A stretch of DNA of 64,000 nt, from the NCBI RefSeq assembly GCF_006345805.1, contig NC_043001.1:16244001-16308000 (forward strand). The letters are read 5' to 3'. Of this stretch, positions 13,801-27,029 are shown piece by piece. Position numbers and translations under genes: made by a program. Under the pieces are notes generated by a model. It had not been told where the DNA came from. It saw only the letters and a list, made by a program, of their open reading frames with translations, and ran no database searches. The first letter of the stretch is position 1. Each line of letters opens with the position of its first letter. The DNA is from Octopus sinensis (Eukaryota).

Positions 13801-16430
13801 TAGAATGTTAGACAAGTTTTTCTACTCACATGTGCTCGATCAGCAACTGATCCACCAATCTTTAAGGTCTTCACTTTCGGCAATGATTTTTCATACAGAA
13901 TGTAGCCATAACTCTGTCCTGCATTGAAGTTCATGTTCAACAATTCCATGAATTCCATCTTGGTTTCGAATGAAGACTGGAAATTACAAAAACAGAAATG
14001 AGACAACGTGAGAGAGTCTGCTACATGTTGCTATATACATTTATGTTTGCGTGTGTGTGTGTGTGTGTGCATGTGTGTGCATGTTTGTGCCTTCATATAT
14101 CATCAACATTTAATGTCTGTTTTTCCATGCTGGTATGGGTTGGACAGTTTGACAATAGCTGGTATGGCCAGGATCCACACCATATATATATATATATATG
14201 AATAAATGAAAGAATGGAGTCGAACGAAGATTTTAACAAAATTCCTTTACTCTCAACACATGTTTCGAAGACTGCATACTCTTAATTCTGAAGGAATAAA
14301 GGGTGCATTATGCCGTCTTCTCATCAAGAAAGACAAGGAACCTCTATCAGCCTCAAGACAAACAAAAACGTTTTGATGACTGCCATAGTAATAAACCGAA
14401 TTATCAATACTAGGATAATTCATTCACCTACTTAAATATATATATATATATATATATAAGGATCTTTACCTTTTAGCCTACAGATTTAAAAAATAATTTT
14501 TTGTAACTAAACACTTTCAAACTTCGGACACTGGTAGAATGTGTCATATAAAACATCTTTTACTTTTAGCATTTTTGAGTAAAACTTATATTTAGGAAGT
14601 TATTTCACGTTAAAGTTGTCGTATTTCGATAATTTCAACCAATCAATGACGTGTATTCAGCTGAATAAAATTACTGCTGTTGTTTGTCAACAAGAACTTC
14701 TGGCAACAACCCTAACCCTAAAACCTTAACCCTAACCCTAAAACCCAACACCTAACCCTAAAACCCTAACCTTAAAACCCAACCCCTAACCCTAAAACCC
14801 TAACCTTAAAACCCAACCCCTAACCCTAAAACCTTACAGCTAAAACCAGTACTAAAGCATGAACGATGTCATGAATAACAGTGACAAACGAAAAATAGAT
14901 CTCCAATAGCTGTTGTTGACAAACAACGGCAATGAAGCAATGAAGTCATATAAGAATCATCTATAACTTGCAGTAAGCAACATTTATTAAAATAAAAGTA
15001 TTCAGAACACAGAATAACATGTAACAAAAACAATTTGCAAACATATTTACATTCCCATATAACAGTTAAGAACATCACCATTATTGTATTACGGATGCGC
15101 TGAAGTGTTTGTTTGACTAGGTGCTGCTGGCTTAATTACACATGAATTGTGCTTAAGTTTAGCGCTAAATAGTTCATTCTGCTGTTTGTATTGGCAGTTT
15201 GCATAATTACCACAGCAAACAATAGCTAATTAGATACCAGTATTAAATGTTTGAACTACTGTGGGTCTTTACTAGGATTTTAAGCGGGACTTAAACCTGT
15301 ACATTAATCTCCAATAAAACATTTTTATACATTACATGTCCATAAAATGCCTCGTAGATCTTATTCAGCTATGTTTAAACTTGAAGTTATATCATATGCT
15401 GAGGGATCTTACCGTATACATTTTTACAAACCAAGGATGTTATATAGACCTCCTTGACTCAAGTTAGAGAAGGGGTGTGTATTATACACAAGGTTTAGGT
15501 TTTGCAGAGGTACAGCCCCCTAAAGATCCCCCTGCGTATTATACTCAAGGGCGGAGTATACTCGAGGATTTACGGTATAATGTAGAACAATGAAGAAATA
15601 AGTGATATAGATATCCACTTTGTACAGCCCAACCAATTAGCGTTCTGAAAGAGCTTCAGGAATATAAAATTAAGGAGGGAATACAAATTCATAACTACAT
15701 TTATGGATTTATATTTTTATATATTTATATTTATGAATTTTAATGTGTTTATAAATTCTAATATCATCATCATCATCGTTTAACGTCCATTTCCCATGCT
15801 TGCATGGGTTGGCCGGTTTGACTGAGGACTGGTGAGCCAGAGGCTGCACTAGGCTATGAATTTTTATATATTTATAAAGTTTCATGTATATGTATGTATT
15901 TATAAATTCTAAGAAATTTTTTTATATATCACTAGCAGTATCACCCGGCGTTGCTCGGGTTTGTAAGGGAAATAACTATATAAGCATTTTTAGAGATGTA
16001 AAGTATAATAGCCATCTCAATATGGCTAACCACAAAGGGGGGTGTTACTGTAGCTTTTTACGTTCTGAGATTTAATAATACATTTTTAGAGAGTTACTTC
16101 CCTTATATAAACTGAGCGAAAATACATTAAAAATACGGAAAAATTATGGTAAATTTTTTTTTAAAATCGTAGACTCACGCTAATACCCAGAAGGGCTCGA
16201 TATGAATCACGACTATAAGATACCTGCTTTTGGTTAAACTGCACTGCAAAATGTGGGAGTAGTTAGGAATCTAAATCGTAGGAGACAGACACACAACCTT
16301 ACTTTTATATATAAAGATATATATGAATGCATCTATGTATGTATTTTGTACACCATAGAGAATTACGTTAATATGGATTGAATGAATATATACATCGACC
16401 TTTGAATTTGTCTTCTCTCCTTCTTAATTT

Positions 16431-16477
<47 letters not shown>

Positions 16478-17946
16478 TCACACACACATACATATCATCA
16501 TCATTGTTTAGCATCCTTTTTCCATGTGTCACTGGTACCAGCCATGACTAGGATTCCACTTGGCTTGATGTGTCTTCTCACACATCAAATAGTCAAAGTC
16601 TTGATCAATTGTCATCGCCTTCATAATATGTATGTATGTATGGATGGATAATGAAATTCCATACAGAATTAGGAAAGCAAGTGATACTTTCGGAAGGCTA
16701 GAAAGGCACCTCTGGAGTCGGCGAGACGAATGTAGAAAGACAAAAATAAAGGTGTACAATGCCTGTGTGCTCTCTTCTCTTCTTTATGCCTGTGAGACAT
16801 GGGTTACATATCGATACCACCTTAAACAACTGGAACGTTTCCATCAGATGTTCCTCAGACGGATCTATGGCACTAAGTGGGAGGACCGCATCAGTGATCT
16901 TGAAATATTGGAAGGCTCTCGGTGTGAAAGTATAGAAGCTCTTGTTAAAGCAAAGGCTCAGATGGAGTGGTCATCTGGTCAAGATGAAGGATTCAAGAAT
17001 GCCAACACACCTCTTTTATGGAGAATTAGCTAAAGGAGAACGACCTCCACATAGACCAAAAACGAGGTATAAGGACTTGCTGAAGGCTTCCTAAAGATAT
17101 GCTTGCATCTCTCCTGACACATGGGAGGGCATACCTATTGATCGTAGCAGGTGGAGAAGGATTGTGCATGAGGGGACAGCCACGTTTGAGAAATCTCGAG
17201 TTGCACATGAGAAAGTAAGGAGGGATGTCAGGAAGGGCATCGCTGTTACACTTCCAGATGGGAAGGGTCTTCCAATGAATCTGACATGCAGTGTCAGTGC
17301 AAGACCCTGCCTCAGTAAAGCTGGACTCAAGAGTCATCTTCGTTGTCATAAAGCGAGACAGATGAGTGACAACCTGGCCACTGGTGGTGGTGTAACACAC
17401 CATACTAATCATATCTGCCAGGCATGTGGAAGAGAGTGTAATTCGGCAGGAGGACTTAAACGACATGCAAAGGTACATGAAGCTCAGTTACAACTACATC
17501 CGGCTATTGCCAGTAAAAGTTTTAGTTGCCAATTCTGTACAAGACATTGTAGATCTTTAGCTGGGCTAAAAAGTCACATTTGATCACAGCATCAGTAACA
17601 GTTAAGCTTCGTGCAATGGCCATACTCGATAACGAGGGAGCAGCCATCATGTATGTATGTATACACAAATACATATGCACATAAATACATACACACACAC
17701 ACATGTATATGTGAAGTTGATGGTATTATATTCATTCCATGGTTTACAATTGTTTTAGTAACGTGGAGGGTGACAAATCTCATAAAACGCATGAAGACAT
17801 GGAAGGGAGCAAAGATACTGTTATAGTGATTATGTAATTTGTATTGTATGCTGAGTGACCCAGAGTCAAAACCATCATGAACAAATATATATAGACAGAC
17901 AGACAGATAGATGGAGATAGATAGATGGATAGATAGATAGTCAGAC

Positions 17947-18006
<60 letters not shown>

Positions 18007-21000
18007 GAATAGATAGATGGAGATAGATAGATAGATGGGGATAGATAGATAGATAGGGAGAGAGAGAGACAGATAGAAAGATAGATAGATAGATAGACAT
18101 GGATGGACAGACAGACAGGCAGATAGATAGATAGATGAAGATAGATAGATAGAGATAGATAGATAGATAGATAGACAGATGGATGGATGGACGGACAGAC
18201 AGAAGATGGATAGAAAGATAGATAGCTAGACAGACAGGCAGATAGATAGATGAAGATAGATAGATGGAGATAGATAGATAGATAGATAGACAGATGGATG
18301 GACGGACGGACAGACAGAAGATGGATAGAAAGATAGATAGCTAGACAGACAGGCAGATAGATAGATGAAGATAGATAGATGGAGATAGATAGATAGATAG
18401 ATAGACAGATGGATGGACGGACGGACAGACAGAAGATGGATAGAAAGATAGATATGTTTCTTTATTAGCCACACAGGGCTGCACACAGATAGAACAAATT
18501 ACAAGGTAGAGCTTTTCTTTTGAAGGTTTAAAAAAAAAAAAAAAAGGAAGGGGGAGTTTCGATCAAAAGGGATCGTAAAAGGAGAGAAAGAGGACAAAAA
18601 AAAGGGGGGTTAAAAAAAAAGGGGGAGAGGAAAAAAAAAAATTGATCAATAGGGATCGTTATCACAGAAATGTCAATATGAAGTGTAAAGGGGAGGACAG
18701 GTGAGGTTTACCCGTGGAAAGAAAAGCCTACGGAAAAGACCACGGTAACCTCGGTCAATGAAGTCACATTTTATATTTCTTTTTTTTTTTTTTTTTTGCA
18801 AATAAGCAACTCTCTGTTTTCGATTTCTGGGTTCATAGGACTATGCTCAAGGTGGCTTCGTCATTCATACGTGCCATTCTTGCTACATTCACCCATCTTT
18901 TTTTAAAACATTCGCTAGACAAAACTTGCCTCTCTACTCTCACTTTCCTTTTCAAGTGGTACTTGAAGAAGTTGATGAGAGATTGACCAGAGAGGAAAGT
19001 GTTTGTCTCCAATCCTTTCAGACACGTCCACCAGATACATTCTTTCACCATAGCCACAAGGATGATGAAAATAGCTCTTCCTTCCCGTTTGAAGGAAGGA
19101 GGCGTGACAATATTGACGATAGACTCAGCTGATAAACCGACTCGTCCCACACGTGACAGCAGTTGTTCGACATAAGCCCACAGGTCGGAAATTGTTGGAC
19201 ACTGAACGAGTGCATGCAGAACGGTTTCGTCGCTCTGACCGCATCTCGGGCAGGTCGGCCCCGTGTTTCTCGAGCCGTGTCTGTAGAGCTTATCCCGAAC
19301 GGGTAGCGCTTCTCGGTAGCACTGCCAGGCCAGGGATCTCTGGAAGTTGTCCATGGGCCCTGGCCCGAAAGTCGTCCTGAACAGGCGGGTCAGGTACTCC
19401 TCGTCGACGTCCAGGTTCGCCCCGAGCTCGTCGTCGTACCTCCCCTCCACTAAACCCCTATAGAATGCTTTGGTTGTGTTGAAGTCACTTAAGGTCGACC
19501 CAGGACGGCAGAGTTGCTTGAGAGCAACGCGACACTCGCGGTGCCATTCGCCCTTCCTCGGCCTCTTTTTAGAAAGATAGAAAGATAGATAGCTAGACAG
19601 ACAGGCAGATAGATAGATGAAGATAGATAGATGGAGATAGATAGATAGATAGATAGACAGATGGATGGACGGACGGACAGACAGAAGATGGATAGAAAGA
19701 TAGATAGATAGACAGACAGACAGATAGGCAGATTAACAGATAAGTACATTCTCAAGGTCCCATTCAGTGGGACAGAACCTGAAACGTTATGATTATGAAA
19801 TGGAATTCTTAACCCCTCGTCCTTGTATATTTCCATCATACATCATCATCATCTTTATAATGGTCACTTACCCCTGGATGATGATGATGATGACGACGAT
19901 GACAACGAAGAAACAGATGGTGACAAAAAGTAGAAAGCATTTATGCAAATACAATAATTTTTCATAAATAAAAAATTCAAAATTAATGAAATGTTCAAAA
20001 TGAATTTGCATAACAAAGCCTGTTTTCCATAATTTCAATACTAATTAGTTAAGTTCTGAAGCATTATTAAGCTGTTGGTTATTTATCTATCGAACTAGTT
20101 TAGTCACCAGGGAATGTTTTTGATAATGTGTCTGTGAGGTCTGACCTGTGACTAAACATTAACATCACACTATAGTACAAGCCTCTATGTGGTTACTCAA
20201 GCTGCTAGAAATAGCAACCATATTCCCATAACCACAAAGAAGGGCACATTAAATAATGCACTGGTGTATCTCAGTTGGTAGGAAGATGAAATGCTGTAAC
20301 ATGGCCATACACATATTACATGCCGCATATGCATTCTTTCTTTTTATCTACCTATCTAACTAACAACCCATCTATCCATCCATCTATCTATCCATCTTTC
20401 TACTTGTCGATCTACCTACCTATCTACCCACCTTCTGTCTGTCTGTCTCTTATCTCTAGTTTTTTGGGGGACTTTTTAAAGCCTCTGAAACTTTTAAAGC
20501 TTTTATAACTTTTGAAAACTTTAAAACCAAGTCCTTTGTGAGCCGGTCTCCAGCTATCTATCTGCGGCTTTATATAGCTATGGTAAGACCTCACCTGGAA
20601 TTTGCATCACCGGTCTGGAACTCCTATCTTGCTGAGGATATTAATCGTCTGGAAACCATTCAGCGACGTGCAACCAAGAGAATACCCTCCATCAGGCATT
20701 TGCCATATTCTGAACGCCTTACTTCCCTGGGCATGGACACATTGAAACTCTGACGTCTGGCAGCTGACTTGGCAGACACCCATAAAATTATTAACCATCT
20801 TACAAACAATAACTCAGAACACCTTTTCAAACTCCACCTGTCTAACACCCGTGGACATATTTACAAAGTCAGAAAACAGCACAGCTCCCATGACTTTAGG
20901 AAACATTTTTTCACGCTGAGAGTTGCTGAAGCATGGAACAAACTGCCAGCATCAGTTGTTAGTTGTCGGAGCACTGCATCCTTCAAAACTTCCATGCTTC

Positions 21001-23217
21001 CAAAAATTCGCTAACACTACACCTGATTTTCTCTCCTCCATACACACGCAAGCATGTATCTGACTCATACACTGTTCACTTCCCAGACATTTGTACATTA
21101 CTGCACATGCTTTATACGCACTTTTGACAAGTTGTGGTGCACTTGAGCACTGTATACAATAATTTCATTATTATTATATTATCATATTATCTAACAACCC
21201 ATTTATCCATCCATCTATCTATCCATCTCTCTACTCATTGATCTACCTACCTATCTACTCACCTTCTGTCTGTCTGTCTGTCTGTCTCGTCACCTATCTC
21301 TTACCTCCATTCTTTTGGACTTTTTAAAGCCTCTGAAACTTTAAAGGTTTTATAACTTTTGAAAACTTTAAAACTTCAAAACTTTTGAATTTTTTTGAAA
21401 TTCTTTGAGATTTTTGGAAATTTTGTGAATTGTTCAAGAAACCTCATATTAAGTAATTTTTTCTTTAACCCTTTCGTTACTGTATTTGCCGGGTCATAGT
21501 GCTAGTGCATGCATATACAGCTGCGTGCGTGCGCACATACACGAGTACTGTCCAAATCTCCGACCAATCACATACAGCTAGCTGGCATTCAATTGGCGTA
21601 TCACATTTCGGGCATTTTGATTGTGTTTTGGATAGAAAATTCACAAAAAAGTCACTTCTATTGATTTTTTAATGGCTTCAGCTAGTGTTAGGAACATAAA
21701 TTGTGACTAAGGTTTGGTGAAGATTTTAATTCAAAACTTATGAAAACTAGACATTTGTACTACAGAGCCAGAGGCAGTTTCAGCCAGGTTGGTATCAAAA
21801 GGGTTAAATTAATCATTTGTTAACCCTTTTGTTACTGTATTTATTTTGAGAAGCTCTGTGTTTCTTTCAATTATTTTAAATATAACAAAAACTTTAGTAA
21901 AATAACTTAGTTATCATTAAGCTAGTGTTAGGAACATAAATTGTGACTAAGGTTTGGTGGAAGATTTTCCATCAAAACTTATGAAAACAGGACATTTGTA
22001 CTCAAAACCAGAGGTGGTTTCAGCCAGGCTGGTAACGAAAGGGTTAAGTGGTTTTTGAAATTTCTTAAAAACAAATGTAAAAAGCTTTTCACCTTTTCTT
22101 GTTCTTAATTGACTGCCTTTAGTTGAGCAAATTGACCGCAGGACTTATTCTTTGTAAGCCTAGTATTTATTCTATTGGGCTCTTTTGTCGAACCGCTAAG
22201 TTATGGGGGACGTAAACGCACCAGCATCAGTTGTCAAGCGATGGTGGGGGGGGGGACAAAGAGACACACAAACATACACACACATATAGATATATATACA
22301 CATAATAATAAAATGAGAGAATATTATTCCAAATTTACAGGGAAAAATTCAATTTAGAAATACTAAATCAAATTTCACAAAATATAATATATATATAAAT
22401 ATATATATACACACACATATATACAACAGGCTTCAGTTTCCGTCTACCAAATCCACTCACAAGGCTTTGGTCAGCCCGAGACTATAGTAGAAGACACTTG
22501 CCCAAGGTGCCATGCAGTGGGACTGAACCCAGAACCATGTGGTTGGTAAGCAAGCTACTTACCAAACAGCCATTCCTGTGCCTATTCTGAATAAAAATAC
22601 TATAAATTATATTTACCTTTATAATTCAAGTCAAGGGTTATTTTTTATTACAACTTATGACAGAATCAGGCTGGGTGGTTAAGAAACTCTCTTCCCGACC
22701 TTGAGGTTTTGGTTTCAACCCCACAACACTATCTCAGCCAAGTCTCTTCTATCAAAGGCTTAGACGGATCAAAACCTTTAGAATAGATTTGGTAGACTGA
22801 AACTGAAAGAAGCTTATGGTGTGCGTGTGTGTGCGTGTTGTTGTTGTTGTTAAGCAACAAGGCGGGTAAGGGTGATTAGGTGACGGTTTAGGGCTTAGGG
22901 GTGGGAGACCCCAGACCTTGGGAAAAAAAAAACTTTGGTCGTCTTGTTGTAGTCGAGGGCTCCTCGTTGATGCCCGACACTACTGGGAGGTGGCCATCGA
23001 AGTCGCTGGAAATGGAGATTTCCAGGTTCAAATTCTTGAACGGCATGTGTGTGTGTGTGTGTGTGCATGGATGCGTGAGTGTTTATTTGTTTGTTTGTTT
23101 CAGTAGAACCGGCACAGTACCTTGGGCAAGTTTCTTCTTCTACAGCAGGCGCAGACTGATTAAAGCTTTCACAATAGATTTGATAGATTGTAACTGAAAG
23201 AAGCTTAGTGTGTGTGC

Positions 23218-23277
<60 letters not shown>

Positions 23278-26200
23278 CTTTATTCACATAAGGTTGAGAA
23301 AAAGAGGGGACGATATGAGGACAGACAAAACAAACATTGGGGTCCGGGTATCGAATGAGACGAAACGTATGAATAAACAAACAATTAAAATATATACGAG
23401 GGGCGTTCAATAAGTAATGCCCCTGACCCACTTGCAGTTGTTTGATCTAGCTGAAATTTTGCATGTGCACTTATTTCTACCTCTATAGATTATGTGGTGA
23501 ATTACAGCTCTGAGCTAATTGTGATTTCTGATTTACAGGTGTTTGAACTGAGTCAAGTGTGAAATGGAGCCTGTTGAGTGTCGAGCAGTGATGCGGTTTC
23601 TGTATTTGAAAGGACGCACATCACGGGAGACTTTTGATGAAATGAAAGTAACTTATGGTGATGATGCCCCATCATATGACCTTGTAAAATGCTGGCATTG
23701 TGAATTCAAACAAAGTCGGAACTCTGTGGAAACAGCTCCCAGATCTGGTCGCCCCCTTCTGCCGTTGATGAGACGTCTGTCCGTCAAGTTGAGGCTGCCA
23801 TTTTGGAAGGTCAACGCATAACTATTTGCCAAATAGCCCATGAGGTCAAGATTAGTACCGGGTCTGTGGAAACTATCATTCATGACCATTTGCATATGCA
23901 AAAGGTGTCTGCCAGATGGATTTCCCGTTTTCTCACACCTTTCCAGAAGCAAGAACGCGTCGAGTGCTCGAGGGTGAATTTGGAGATGTGCCAAGAAGAT
24001 GAGTCATAATTTTTCAAAAGACTGATCACACAGGATAAAACCTGGGTCCATCACTATGATCCATAGACCAAAGCCCAGTCAATGTAGTGAAATCACCGTG
24101 ACTCACCTCCAAAGAAGGCAAGGGTGCAGCCCTCCGCTGACGAGGTTATGCTCACAGTCTTCTGGGACCAGGACGGCATAGTGATGACAGATTTCCTGGC
24201 AAAGGGTACCACAATTACAGGAGCCTATTATGCTTCACTTTTGAGGAAATTAAGAGAAGCTATCAAAATCAAGAGGCGGGGCAAGATCAGCAAAGGCATC
24301 CTCCTCCTGCAGGACAACGCTCCGGTCTACAACTCGCGTATCGCCAGATCAGAAGCACAGGTGTGCAGCTATGAACTCCTCCCCTTGCACCCTCTGATTT
24401 TCACCTCTTCCCAGCCATGAAGTTGATTTTGAAAGGAAAGCGTTTCCCAGATGATGCAGCCTTGATTTCTGAAGTCACGTTGTGGTTGGAGGACCAAGCT
24501 GGGGTCTTCTACAAAAACGGTCTCCAGAGCTGCATCAAACGATGGGAGAAATGCGTAACTCTGGGTGGTTCCTACGTAGAAAAAGACTAATAACTCTGCC
24601 AAGTTTCGGTGCTCTACTGCTATGGGAAGTGGGTCAGAGGCATTACTTATTGAATGCCCCTCGTACAATTAAATGAGAATGAGTGATTTACAAAAAATGA
24701 AGCGGAGGACGCGGTTGACCCCACAAACCACTAACTCACACTGAAGACTTTGCTTTCTCCTTTTTTATACTCTCGTTTAAACAGGTTCTTTCCCTTGCAA
24801 CATACTTGCTATAGACTTCCATCTTTTACGAAACACACTTTGCGACAGGCATTTCTTCTCCAGCCTTATTTTCCATTTCATGTGGAAAACGAAAAAGTCG
24901 ATTAGCTCAAGACTGGACTGGAGATGGACATGCCTGTTGCAATTCCTTTCACACTTGAGAGAGAGAGAGAGAGAGTAGAACTAACAGGCTCTATTCAAAC
25001 TTTAAAGATTAGTGTTAAGCAGCAAAAAAAAAAAAAAAAAAAAAAGGTACGCAACTGAAAAACAAAAATGGTTTCATAGAAAAATCTCATTTCGCTCTCA
25101 TTAAAACAGATATAAAATATGCATGCATGCAGCCTTAAATTTACTTGTTAAAAAGAAAGAAATATAGAACTTACCAGTTGTAGTTCAGAGACAATATCTA
25201 GCATATCTTTGAAAGACAGGTAGCTTGAAACAGTCAACGCACCTGAAACATACCAACAATATTGACACAAATTAGAATAATATATAAACAGATGTAGAAT
25301 TTTTTTTTATTCATAAGCGATAGGTAGAAGATTGGAAGAACAGGTAGAATGGTAGACAAAATGAATAATGGTATTTAGTTATTTTATTTTCTTTGGCAAA
25401 CTGAGCTCAAATCCCATCAAGATCATCTTTGCTTTATTATCCTCAGAGATTAAGGCAGCGAGCTGGCAGGAATGTTAGCACGCTGGGCAAAATACTTAGT
25501 GGTATTTCATCTGCTGTTACGTTCTGAGTTCAAATTTTGCCGAGGTCGGCTTTGCCTTTCATCCTTTCGGAGTCGATTAAATAAGTACCAGTTACGCACT
25601 GGGGTCAATATAATCGACTTAATCCATTTGTCTGTCCTTGTTTGTCCTCTCTGTGTTTAGCCTCTTGTGGGTTGTAAAGAAATAGGTATTTCGCCCGCCG
25701 TTACATGCTGAGTTCAAATTTCGCCAAGGTCAACTTTGCCTTTCATCCTTCAGGGTCGATAAATTAAGTATCAGTTATGCACTGGGGTTGATGTAATCAA
25801 CTTAATCCCTTTGTCTGTCCTTGTTTGTCCCTTCTATGTTTACTCCCTTGTGGGCAATAAAGAAATAAGAAACGTTAGCACGCAGGGCAAAATACTTAGC
25901 AGTATTTCGTCTGTCTTTATGCTCTGAGTTCAAATTCTGCCGAGATCAACTTTGCCTTTCATTTTTTCGGGGTCGATTAAATAAATACCAGTTATGCACT
26001 GGTGTTGATGTAATCGACTTCATCCCTTTGTCTGTCCTTGTTTGTGCTCTCTATGTTTAGCCCCACTGTGGGCAATAAAGAAATAAAAAAATTATCCTCG
26101 GAGGTTGGCAAAATAAAGTACCATTGAAAAACTGGGATTGATATAGCAAACTTATTGTTTACAGTGCTCAGGGGCACTACAACTCCTCAGAAACAGTCAC

Positions 26201-26864
26201 CAAAACTGCATGAACAGTCCATAGAATATGCACAGGAAGCGAAGAGTGAAAAAGTCTTTAGGGTTAAGGTCGTCATAAATAATAGTGACAAATGAAAGTT
26301 GTTGTTGACAAACAACGGCAGTAATTTTATTCAGCTGAATACACGTTATTGATTGGTTGAAATTACCGAAATATGAGAACTTTAACGTGAAATAACTTCG
26401 TAAATATAAGTTTTTCTCAAAAATGCTAAGAGTAAAAGATGTTTTATATGACACATTCTAACAGTGTCCGAAGTTTGAAAGTGTTTAGTTACAAAAAATT
26501 ATTTCTTAAATCTGTCGGTCAAAAGGTAAAGATCTGAAAAAATCAAATATAACTTACCATATTTTGCCTTTGGATTGTCGCTTAATATTTGAGGAGGATG
26601 GCTAATTCCTGAAATGCAAGAATTATTAACAGTAAATACTCAACATGAATATTTTTCATCACAGTCATCAGTATCATAACGTATATCTATATTATGTGTG
26701 TGTCTATCAGTCGTCGTTGTTGTAAAAATAATAATAATAATAATATAATAATAATAATAATAATATTGATGATGATGATAATAATAATAATAATAATAAT
26801 GATGATAATAATAATAATAATAATAATAATAATATTGATGATAATAATAATAATAATAATGATG

Positions 26865-26900
<36 letters not shown>

Positions 26901-26932
26901 TTGATGATAATAATAATATAATAATAATAATG

Positions 26933-26977
<45 letters not shown>

Positions 26978-26983
26978 TTGATG

Positions 26984-27029
<46 letters not shown>

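Noticed and set aside
18324-19706. Apparent 130-bp target-site duplication around the Tx1-like LINE
   Set aside because: Better explained by a 15-bp TSD within a pre-existing tandem of about 115-bp units.
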